64,000 nucleotides of DNA, from assembly GCF_006345805.1 (NCBI RefSeq), contig NC_043011.1:18860464-18924463 (forward strand), read 5' to 3'. A program made the translations under genes and the position numbers. The DNA comes from Octopus sinensis. Taxonomy: Eukaryota. Below the pieces are notes generated by a model, which saw only the letters and a program-made list of their open reading frames with translations, had not been told where the DNA came from and did not search any database. Below are positions 52,638 to 64,000 of the stretch, in pieces. Numbering within the stretch: the stretch's first letter is position 1; the number at the start of each line of letters is the position of its first letter.

Positions 52638-55600
52638 GAGCGCCAAAGTCTCGAGAATGCATGCCATGTATGAAATAATCTCTTGTAGAAATTCTTTTTG
52701 ATGTGAGCATAAAATCCTTAAGCTACAGGTTATCACTTCAATTATAACTGCAAGTAACAAATTATTTAATGTAGAGGTAGAAACGAAAATACTTAAGAAA
52801 ATTCTTAAACTAATGTGCTTAGACCATTTTAAATCCTGAAATGGTTGGAAGCGAGAGCTTTCCAAACTGTTTATTTTAACAAGTGTTTTGCTAGAAGTAA
52901 AATTAAGGAATAAATAATATTGATAATAGATTATTTCCGGCCAGCTTAGATCATTACATTTTTTAAATTAACACAGAATAAATATGAAAAAAAGAATGTC
53001 ACGAACTAAGGCACTTTTCGAAACATTTTAAAACAATTCTAAAAAGTAATAATTTAACATGGCAATTGTAAAATAACAGGCATTTATAGGCATTTATTTA
53101 ATTTAAATGCTGCTTAAATTATCATCAGTATTTTAATGTTGAATATAGAAACAATGAGAAATTACCTTCATTTATAAATTATTTTGCACCAAAAGGAACT
53201 GTCGTTATTTCTAAAATAGCAACATAAGGAAATGACTAAAAATGTAGTTTACAGTCACTGAGTTGTTAGTTCTTTGGCTGCTGTGCCACAGGTTCCAGAT
53301 TCTTCGATATTAAGATACTATTTATTTTGTGAACCTTGCAATGGGCAACGGATTCCCGAGTAAAATTGTGTTGTAATCTTTAATTACCGAAAACAATTGT
53401 TCGCATGGATTTCTTGGTGAATATATTCTTAATACTGCTAGAGTTTGATTACTCAGACAGGCAGCATTTTCATAATAGAAGTTAAGAGCCTTTTCCACTT
53501 AAGCACTCACTAGTCAATCGCTTTCGTTGCTTTGTATTTATGTTCTGATATCTTATTGTATTGTCGGAAAGAACCCTTCTTGAAATACAATGATTTGCAT
53601 CTCAAGTTCGTGGAAAACAACCCATTTAAACCTTTCCAAATTCAGGTTATCTAGACTTACATTTTCGATACACACTCTGTATTCTGAAGAGCATTCAAAT
53701 GACATGAGTCTTATAAATCCTGTGGAAATTTATTCAGGATTTGCAGTTAATGGTGTTCGATAATTGATGCACCGAATTCTCGAGAATTTGCACAACTGTC
53801 ATTGTTTCTTGCTGTCATTTATTCCGCGTTCACCCGCAAATGTTTTTTTTTCCTCGTTAGATTGCTATAAATTGTTGATCAACTATGTTAAATATGAACA
53901 GAAATCTGAAAAGAAGTTCGAATGTATTTAATGTGGATAGAAATGTGAAGAGAAAATGTTCAAAAACAAATATAGATTCATAAAGCTCTTTTAATAATTC
54001 GTCAAGTCATTCAACAACAGAACCAGCAAACACCGTTGTATAAACGTAGTCTTGCATAACAGGCATAACAACACAATAGATACTGAAGTTTTCTGTTTTT
54101 GGTTTTCCTGTTATTCACATCACGCACACTTACGAATTCTTTTCGTTTACACACTTTATCACATTTGTGCGATACTTAAAGATCTTTACATGGTATTACT
54201 TTTCAATTCTACTGACATTTGCAAGCAGATTTACAAAACCTGCTCAGTTAGTTTACAGTTTTCACATATATTGTTTGATAAAAAGGCTATTTATTTAATA
54301 TAATCGTCCACATTTAATCCCTGATGTATACTCAGGAGACATTTCCATTTTCACCATTTCTTTGCATATTTCATTATCCATTTACATAATTTAGCAATAA
54401 GTGCTAGCTTAGCTGGATTATGCAATACGCAAGCTCTTATGCAATCAATAACGAGGTATTTTACGTTAAACAGGATATTTCGTAGCTATTTTAATGAATA
54501 ATTTTCAAGCATATATGATCACTGTACACTTAAGCTTTATATTATCAACATGTGATAGTATCTGCCTTTGATTAATAACTTTCTTTCATAAGTCGTTTTC
54601 TATGAATATTTCATTAGCTGTGGAAATATTAATTTCCTCACAGTTTGAAATTATTTAACTTTGTTACGACAAACTCATATTACAATAATGAAGAGCCTTT
54701 CTATTGCATCTCTGTGCGCCCGAAAGAATACGAGATAAAATCTTTACTGTATATATAGATGTATAATTTATATATAGATATATGTTTCTGTGATAGAAGC
54801 AGGCGCAAACGTACAATTTGTATTCTTCCATGAAATGCACAAATTAGAGATTACTAAAATTTCTTGCCTCCTTTCTATAGAGCATTATCAAAATTTTTAG
54901 GGACAAACACGTACCTGACGCTGATAATATGATCCTTACCAAGACTTGTTTGTTCGGCAAAATTTTAACATACAAAATACAAGTACATTTAGTGATTAAA
55001 GTCACTCACAGCTTTTCATAGGTTTTACGAAAAAAATGTTCTTATTTCCTGTTATTCTTTCCTATTTCTTAGTCTGTAATCTTTTTATGCATATTATCAT
55101 TTAACATTTAACACGTGCATATTATTTTTATGCATATTATCATTGAACAAATACATTCACTTCTTACAGCATAGCTAATAAATTGAAGGTTAGAGATTTA
55201 AAATATATGCATATTTATATATCGATATATAAGTAACGTCGGTGTACCACCATGGCTGCAGTTTTCGAAATGGGACTAGGTAAAGAGTAATATTGTATCG
55301 CATGTAAGAGCTCTTCTCCGACGATAGAAGAAAAATTTCCATATACCACCAGTGGCATGAGTGAAATAGCAGCATATAGCATTTCTGCTGATTCCAAATA
55401 AAATGTGATATTATTTAATATTGATTTAGAAGCTAAATTGATTTACCTGCAAGATTTAAATCGCTTGACCACTGCCATCCCTATAATCACTTAACATGAT
55501 ATGAGTTTACACACTTTGAGCTGTTAGTTTGACATTCCGTTTATTCAGACAAAGATTTATGCTGTCTTTTAGCATGTAGTTGTTAATGGGATTTGCGTAT

Positions 55601-55769
55601 CAGGCCATTTCGGCAGATATATCTACAATCATTTCTCAAATCAATATTTATAGAGGAAACATATGAAACCATGCAGTAGAGTACTCTGATGGAATTACAT
55701 GGATACAGCTAATATATTGATGCATTAATGCATTTAAGAATATATCAATTAAGGTGCAAGACGAAGAAG

Positions 55770-55812
<43 letters not shown>

Positions 55813-56515
55813 GTTCATACATAATGAATTGTATATACACAGTGACAATGTGTACATACATATGTTTATTTGTTATGTAGGTGTTTGTGCATGAATGTTT
55901 ACATGTATATATGTGTAAAATATATGCGTAGGTAGAAGTAATTCAAGTGTGTCTGTGTAAGATGTTGATGTAAATAATGTCGCCCACTTTATGCATTATA
56001 TTCGAGGTATCCTCCCACAAAACTCAGATGGTCATGGAGCATCCAAATACACACACTTGCACACACAAAAACTCACTCCCCCCACACACACGCACACACA
56101 CACATAATACACACACAAACACACACGCACACGCATATATGAATATAGTCTATAGAGTGCTTGTGCTTTTGTATATTTTATGCAAAAGATGTATGTGTTT
56201 ATGCGTATTGCCTGCGTGTGTATATTGTTTGTGTTCAGGCGTGTTGTGTGTATGTGCTCGTGTGTACGTGTGTGTGTACATGCATCGTTGTTTGTGTATA
56301 TGTATGAATGTATGTACGTATATACAATGATTTTTCTACATCTGTCATTTTCTTCTCTCACTTTCAGGAAAACATTAGGAAAACGATAACGGAGAGAAAC
56401 ACGCATTCAAATTAAGAAGCACCGTGCATACCTACTTCAAAAACATCATACATGTACACACACAAGCACACACACACACACACACACACCAAACACGCAC
56501 ACACATATATATACG

Positions 56516-56554
<39 letters not shown>

Positions 56555-56757
56555 TATTTATACATATATATACATATATATATATACATATAAATATATA
56601 TATATAAATACAACACTACCTTTCTACTGCTCTTTCTAGCACCAGGCTTTCCTATCTGGAAGCCTCTTGTATTTCTATGTGAATAATATATAGTCTAATG
56701 ACTAATTTGTTTTTTGTGCTAGGCCACTGGTAATAATATTTTCTTATTACCCTATTG

Positions 56758-56837
<80 letters not shown>

Positions 56838-57384
56838 ACACGCATAATCACATACACACACATCTCGGAAAAAAGGAAAAAGAGAATATTGGGGTTGTAA
56901 ATTCATTTCGATGAGATGGGTGATATTTGTTATAGTGTATATTGTATACTGAAAGGAATGAATTAATACCATATTTTAGTGATCAGATTCAAACTCGTTT
57001 TGTTGTACATAATTTTTTTTCTCCTCTCTTCCTCTGGCATCGTAATTTCTTTCTGTTTGTGATAATATTGGCGATAATGCTCCATTGATATTATTTACTA
57101 CAGAATTCATACAAGATATATTTACAAACGAGATCTGTACTATTTGAATTGCAATAGTCAACAAAAACAAAGAAAAAAAAACAATCTTTAAGTGTAATAA
57201 TACGACTCAAATATTCCAGTGATAAAATATCGGATAACAATTTGGATGTACATATATAGATTATTCAAAGGACAGAGATAACCATACAGATAATACGTAG
57301 ATACGTAGCTGTTTACATGAAAATATATCTTCAACATATACACAAATAGAAATAAACAATGGTGTCAGTTGAATTGATTTTACC

Positions 57385-57830
57385 ACATAAGCTCAGGCAT
57401 AGATTTGTTTTAACAAGCTTGCTTCCCAATCACATGGTTCCGGGTTCAGTCTCATAAAATGACAGCTTAAGCAAGTGTCTTCTACTATAGTTACGCGCCA
57501 ATCATAGCCTTGTGAATGGACTTGGTAGGTGGAAACTGAAAGAAGACTGTCGTATATTCATATATGAATGGGGTGCGTGGCGTGTGCGTATGTGTGCGTG
57601 TGCATGTTCTTCTGCGTATGTGTCTGTGTCTGTTATTGTCCCCGCCCCCCCCACTTGACAACTAGTGTTGGTGTGTTTAAGTTTCCGTAACTAACCTGTT
57701 CGGCACAAGAATCGATAGTACATGTAACGGGGTTTAAAATAAATACTGCTCTATTTCATTCGACTAAAAATACTCTAAGGTGGTGCCCCAGCATGCCCGC
57801 AGTCTAATAACTGAAACAAACTAAAGATAA
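57385..57830 (+). mobile_element. SINE family A, diverged; a degenerate family B copy follows at ~57885-58050
   Basis: GCTTGCTTCCCAATCACATGGTTCCGGGTTCAGTC..GCAAGTGTCTTCTACTATAG..GGTGGTGCCCCAGCATG..AACTGAAACAA. Confidence 0.8.
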
Positions 57831-58952
57831 AACGAAAGATATAATGTATTGTTAATACGTATATGAAAAGGTACGGTAACAAGGCTGTTGTGCTCGAAGA
57901 GACCGTTAGTACACAGAACAAAATAATTAGCGGCTTTGCAATCGCCTTTACGTTCTCATTCGAAATTTCACAGCGGTCGAGTTTGCCTTTCAGCTTTCAG
58001 TGTAGATAAAATATGCACTATTTGAGCGCTGCAGTCCGTGTAATCTGTTTGATTGCTATTTCAATATTTCAGGCCATACGCCTCTATTAGTTAAGAGTAT
58101 TATTAAACAAATAAAACTAAGTATTTTGTCCGGTGTGTTAACGATTTTCCCGGCTCTCCACCTTGATGTTGATATTCAAGACGATGATGATGATGATGAT
58201 GATGATGAGGATGATGAGGATGATGTTTCGTTCCTGCTGTAGTTAAGCTTAGAATAACATTTAAAATTTTCGGAGGCTTCCTTCCGTTTGCTTCAGATTT
58301 CAGTGGAAAAAGTATTGTATATCCTTACAGCCGATCTTATCAATTGGTTTCGCACCAATGGTTTACTAGTTTGTTAGATAACAGTCCGATTATGTAATCC
58401 TGGGTTTATCTGAGGTAGCCGTTATAGAATGAAATATGGCGACCGCTCTCTAATGTTAGAGATGAATAGACACTTCGAGTTTGCGATTACTTTGAAACAT
58501 TAGGAAGTGAAATGAGCAGGTGATTTAGTTAGTGTTATGTCACTTGGTACCAAATCATCGTCGCTGAGGGAGGTTTTGTTGCAAGACGTCAAGAGAGTCC
58601 TGGAAAAGAGTTTGTGGGAAATGTGTATGTGCTAAAAGTTGGTGTACTTGTGCAAATGGAATGTGTGTAGTGATAATATATGTATTGTGATGATATATGT
58701 CGTGGTGCAATTTGTGTGGCGTTCATATTGGTGGGGCGGAAAAACGTCTATAGGATAGATGCCGACCGTGCTGGACCAGTGTGTTTATTTGTGAGTACCT
58801 TAGGTACTGTTCTTGTCAAAGTTATTGGGGGACCTACAGTGTTTTTGTAGAGAGTCGAACTTGGGGCGGGGGTGGTTATTAAGTTGATAATGGGGCACAA
58901 AAGTGTTACATGATGTACTTCCTTTGATGTGGACCAGGAATATATATATATA

Positions 58953-59109
58953 TTGTGTGGTAAGTAGCTTGCTTACCAAACACATGGTTTCGAGGTCAGT
59001 ACCACTGTATGGCACCTTGGCCAAGTGTATTATACTATAGCATCGGGCCGACCAAAGCCTTGCGAGTCGATTTGGTAGAGTGAAACTGAAAGAATCCCGT
59101 CGTATATAA

Positions 59110-59188
<79 letters not shown>

Positions 59189-59215
59189 TGTGTGTTTGTG
59201 CTTGTCCGCCCAACA
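58953..59215 (+). mobile_element. SINE family A, 5' half
   Basis: TGTGTGGTAAGTAGCTTGCTTACCAAACACATGG..GGCACCTTGGCCAAGTG..AAACTGAAAGAATCCCGTCG followed by (TA)n(TG)n. Confidence 0.85.
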
Positions 59216-59439
59216 TAAAAGTAAGTATTGTACATCGACTACGCACGTTTCATGACTGCATTAGGTTTATATAAAATCATATAAGCAAACCATACCCAAG
59301 TCATTAGAACGGGAAATGATTTTACTCCTAAAGCAGTCACTCCTCAGGTCAAATTCCTAAAAAAACTAAAAACTAAAAGTTTAATCTGTTATACTTACCA
59401 AACAGCCACTCCTGTGCCTTTTTTATATTATTGTAAAGA

Positions 59440-59890
59440 ATTCACTTTTCATCGCAAGATACAATACGGTCGAGAAATGGAACGGTCTGGTTAGGGAGAA
59501 GAAACGACGAACAAATTTCAAATCTGAGTATTTTCTGACTTTCTTTCAAGTCGCTGAGTGCCAATTGTACGAGCTTTGTTTATTTTCCGATCGCATAGAA
59601 ATAGCTGAAGGCTGTTTCCTAGCTAACCTGAAGTTCTTTTTCCTGTTCTCGAGTGGTTTTACGTGGATCTTTCTCAATGACCGTCATCGATGACAGATGT
59701 GCGTCCGCTACGCCCACGAACTTCAAGCTTCAGGTCTCGATTGTGAAATAGTTTAAACCATTTTCGAAGTGACCACTCACTGGCCTTTTCTTCACCAAAC
59801 GCTTCGTTGATATTGCGAGCGGTTTCAGATGCTTTATGTCACTTTTTGAAGATGAATGGCAAAATTGCCCGAATATCGCGCTATTTCAGA
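59440..59890 (-). mobile_element. Mariner transposase N-terminal remnant (Hsmar1/SETMAR-like type)
   Basis: RAILPFIFKK.HKASETARNINEAFGEEKASEWSLRKWFK.F..DLKLE..GRSGR.SVIDD. Confidence 0.8.
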
Positions 59891-60947
59891 TGAGATATGT
59901 ATCAATGTTAATTTATTGATGCATTTGTGCAAGTTTATATCTGTATTACCAAACTATTACAAAAGAATCATTAAAAACATACAAAACTCTTTAAAATCCT
60001 GCTACTAATTCTTCATGGTTCAAAACGTTGGTTAATGTTTACCCAATCTGATACAAACGCAAACTTAATTACGTATATACATATATAAACACACGCACAC
60101 GCACACACAAAGTCGACAACAACATCGGAACAAACTTCTCGCAGGAATAATATCACGCTGGTAAAACGCCCCTCCTATAAATGAAAATCTTACTTGATTT
60201 TGTGGTTTCGTGGTATGCAGCAAAACTGGTCTTGCCGTGCACTCTAGAAAAGACGTAGTAAATGATCCACGAACACTTGAGCAAACTGAGTCCTCAACTT
60301 GTTCGATTTATCAAAGGTTTTTAAAGATGCCAGCAGACTTTAACAAGGGCAATTACGTTTAGAGAACATTCGTACTGCTTTATTATACTGAATCCTCATT
60401 TGTTGCTCATGTAGAACGAATCTATCATGTACGCGCGTGTTTGTTTGCATGTGGGTGTGTGAATTTGTGTGTCTGTGTGTGTGTGTGTGTGCAATGAAAG
60501 CGAGAGGTAGAAGAGAAAATCAAATTTATATTAAAATAACGCGTTGATTTAGCTTCAATTGTTTTTGTATTTTATCTCCTTTCAGTAAATAACACTTTGC
60601 ATTTTAGAAGAGTTAACGTCACTGCTAGGCATTCTGTATCCTATTGATTTGAATATTTATCTGATGTCATGTGTACTATTATGCATATTCCACCCACGTT
60701 TTCTGATATTCAGAGTGGATTGCAGCACAATGCACAAGAGTATTGTAATATTTATTTAGAAATAACTGAGAGACAGATCAATTGAAAGAATCAGATTTCA
60801 ATATTCACTACATCAGTGTAAACGTTTCAATGAAGAAAGCTAGAATGCCCAGTTGCAAATGCCACTAGGCGCTGAATCACGTAACAGAGGCCATACACAT
60901 GGTAGAAGACGTACAGATATAAATATTTAGCAGGAAATCTGCTATTG

Positions 60948-62816
60948 AATTTGTTCTGAAAATATTTGAATCTACAACCATGTATTGAAGCGAATATTGT
61001 TATACTTTGAAAGGGTTGTACTATTTATAGACTATAAAGCTACACATCGGTCGTGGATACTTTTATAGTCTTGATGATTTCGTTTTGTATTTTAGATCAA
61101 CTGTTATATTTGCAATGTTGATATATTTTCCAAATATTCGATGAACATTTTCCCCTAAACTTTGTTTAAATCTATATACCAAGTATATAATCACATAGGT
61201 TCCATACTCAATATTAAGCGTCACAATGAGGATGTGACAAGAATTTGGGCAGAGAAATATAAGGACAAGCGAATGCAGTGTCTAACGTTACTGCAATGTA
61301 ACCCTTCAAATAAATGTTATACTAAGTTATCCAAATTCCAGTGAAAAAATTCAGCCATTGCAACAGGTTTTCATTATTAAAAATATATGATCTTTGTTTT
61401 TTCATGTGTATATTATTAAGAGTAATCATTTTTCTTTAATATCGAATCACATAAAACGAAAGATAGCTCTAAATTCAAAGTGATATCAGTGTTGATGATA
61501 TCTTTTCTAAAAATTAATAGTAAACATTATGGAATAAATTAATTTACTTGAGTATAATAAGTTAAAAAAATGTGTCATGAATTTCGTGTAGATTCTATAC
61601 ATATTTTCATTTAATATTTTTATCAATACTGCGTGAAAAAAATTCAATTAAATACATATCCTTAATGTACCGGCTGTGGATGAAATGTTATTTCGCACAA
61701 TGAATACACACCGTTGATGAAACAAGCTCTCGGTATAATGTTTAGTCGCGCGAAGAATAACAGTCCAGGAGAAGTTTCATTTACATTAGTAGTTTAAGAG
61801 TTGAAAATATCTGGCTTTTTTTTTAGAAATTACTACAACAATATTTTAAATTCAAAAGTTTTCTCTATTCGCTAAGGATTATTGGCTGTTGAAAATCCTA
61901 AAAAGGTACGGCCATGGAGGGAAATGATACAATTCGAAATAAAATAACCCTTACTTAATGTGGTAAACGGGTAACTTCACAAGTAAAGAATATTTGAAAT
62001 TTATTTAACTCCAGATCATAAGATACCTGCTCATTGCCTCCCCCCAGACGTATTTTCTTGCTTTTGACAATAGAATTTTCCACTGAACTTAAAAGATACA
62101 TATCAGAAGAGTTATTGATGAGAGTTCTGAAACCGTATAAATACTTCATTACGTGAATTTTTACTTAATATCAAGACTTCGTTACTGCATTTGAAGTGTA
62201 TTTAAATTTCGTACATGATTTAAACACAGTCATTCAGATGTTAAGGCATGTACACAAAGGCACACACATATACACATCAAATAAGCAATTTGCTAATATT
62301 TGTTGGTAATTTCCTACTGTAGACTTATCATTCGTGATAAGCTGAGTTTGAACATCGCTCTTATCAGTTAATGGCAAAGATTATTTTTCACAGAACAATT
62401 ATTTTGATTTTACTTAGATATACTTCAATGTTGATCAGTTCTTCAATGATTTATAGCCGTTTATTATGTATATTTTTATAGACATCAGTCAACAAATAGA
62501 CCATTCCTTTTTTGTCTAGCACATAAATTGCTTGTTATATTTATCTATAAAAACATACCATATATAAATATTATCAACAGCACATATTCATACGCATACA
62601 ATTTCATACAAATACACATCCACACACACATAGAAGTCAAAAATATTCACACACACGCACACTCAAACTTATATTTAGATTGATAGATAGATAAGTAGAT
62701 AAATAGGAATGTGGATACTTGAATATACGTATATATATACAATGATTAATAAACCTGCACAAGTGAATATACGTATGAAATTACGTCTTAATATATTTGT
62801 ATACGTACACATACAT

Positions 62817-62902
<86 letters not shown>

Positions 62903-62981
62903 ATAATTATTATTAGTATTATTTTTATTAATGTTATCATTATTATTATTATTATTATTATTAATAATAATAATAATAATA

Positions 62982-63034
<53 letters not shown>

Positions 63035-63042
63035 TGATGATG

Positions 63043-63077
<35 letters not shown>

Positions 63078-63406
63078 GATGTGCTTGAAAAACATCGAAA
63101 AAGTCCATACGGTAGACAATTTGTTTTGAGAATATTTGAATCTACAACTATGTATTGAAACGGATATTGCTATACTTTTAAAGGGTTGAATTATTTAAAG
63201 TCTATAAAGCTACTCACCGGTTGTGGATACTTTTATAGTCTTGATGATTTCGTTATATTAGCAATGTTGATATATTTTCCAAAATTCCGATGGACATTTC
63301 TTCCTAAACTTTGTTTAAATCTCTATACCAAGTATGTAATCATAGAGGTTCCATAGTCATTATTAAGCGTCACAGTGAGGATGTGACAAGAAATTGGGCA
63401 GAGAAA
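60948..63406. repeat. Diverged ~300-bp direct repeat pair (60948-61257 and 63118-63406)
   Basis: Collinear by eye, with scattered substitutions and one ~21-bp indel; copies are 2.17 kb apart. Confidence 0.9.
62820..63077. repeat. (CA)n/(TA)n/(ATT)n/(AAT)n compound microsatellite
   Basis: Directly visible. Confidence 0.95.
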
Positions 63407-63435
63407 AACAAAGAAGTTGCAAACTAGATATGGGT

Positions 63436-64000
63436 CACTCCACACAAAATTGAAATAATTTTGACACTCCACACAAAATTGAGTGTATGAACCAAGAAAA
63501 AGAGGGCGAAGAGGACATATTCGATGTAAACACAGCGTTAGAGCAGAAGAAAACAACATAACATGGCATGCAAAAAGTACCACAGAACCGCCGTTATTAG
63601 AAGGAAGAAGATCACACTTGTGTAGGATGAAAAGTTGCAAAAATAAAGCACTGTACAAGCAATGCAAAACGAATGAAGCTGAAAATAGGTGGGTAAAGGA
63701 AAGAATGCATGGACAATTTCATAGAGATGTTGAAGATAAGACAGACAGAGAAAAAAGAAGGCTGTGGAACTGTGGAAGATCAAAAAATGATATAAAACCG
63801 GAAAAGGAGGCTCTAATATGTGCTGCTCAAGAGCAATCACTATGACCAAATTACAGAAAATGCACAATAGACAACACATCAGAAAGTGATAAGTGCAGAA
63901 TTTGCGGACAAAGCATAGAAATCATATGGCATATTACCAGCCAATGTACGTCACTAGCCTAGAGGGAATATAAGTGACGCCACCACAATATAGCACGGGT
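63436..64000 (+). mobile_element. R4/Dong-clade remnant, post-RT to CCHC region; runs off the window end
   Basis: YEPRKRGRRG..VRAEENN..WVKERMHGQFHRDVE..KEALICAAQEQSL..SDKCRICGQSIEIIWHITSQCTSLA.REYK.RHHNIAR. Confidence 0.85.

Noticed and set aside
55247-55285. CCACCATGG Kozak-like start followed by AG|GTAAAG (MAAVFEMGL)
   Set aside because: Only 28 coding nt, with no supported downstream exon or promoter evidence.
58230-58800. GC-richer stretch possibly from a retroelement
   Set aside because: Similarity to PLE RT motifs is too weak to call.

Overview
This is eukaryotic, AT-rich, repeat-dense DNA. The SINE families, dense microsatellites and element mix look like an octopus/cephalopod genome (inferred from pattern recognition, not a search). 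I cannot support any intact host protein-coding gene, rRNA, tRNA gene or CRISPR array. Most listed ORFs are microsatellite read-throughs or fragments of decayed transposons. The window holds six R4/Dong-type retrotransposon remnants, several Penelope-like element (PLE) remnants, three RTE-type pieces (two RT remnants and a solo 5' leader), five mariner remnants, an internally deleted Gypsy, three SINE families and three MITEs. The best signal is a set of hammerhead ribozyme (HHR) motifs from four unrelated PLE-type repeat families. It includes a back-to-back pair of HHRs with complete catalytic cores, which form the arms of a 116-bp near-perfect inverted repeat (20715-20996). Also notable are a 3.7-kb almost pure A/T block with ~1.6-kb higher-order periodicity and a heavily structured solo RTE-type leader with HDV-like pseudoknot topology. 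All translations and RNA folds were done by eye, and the ends of decayed elements are approximate.
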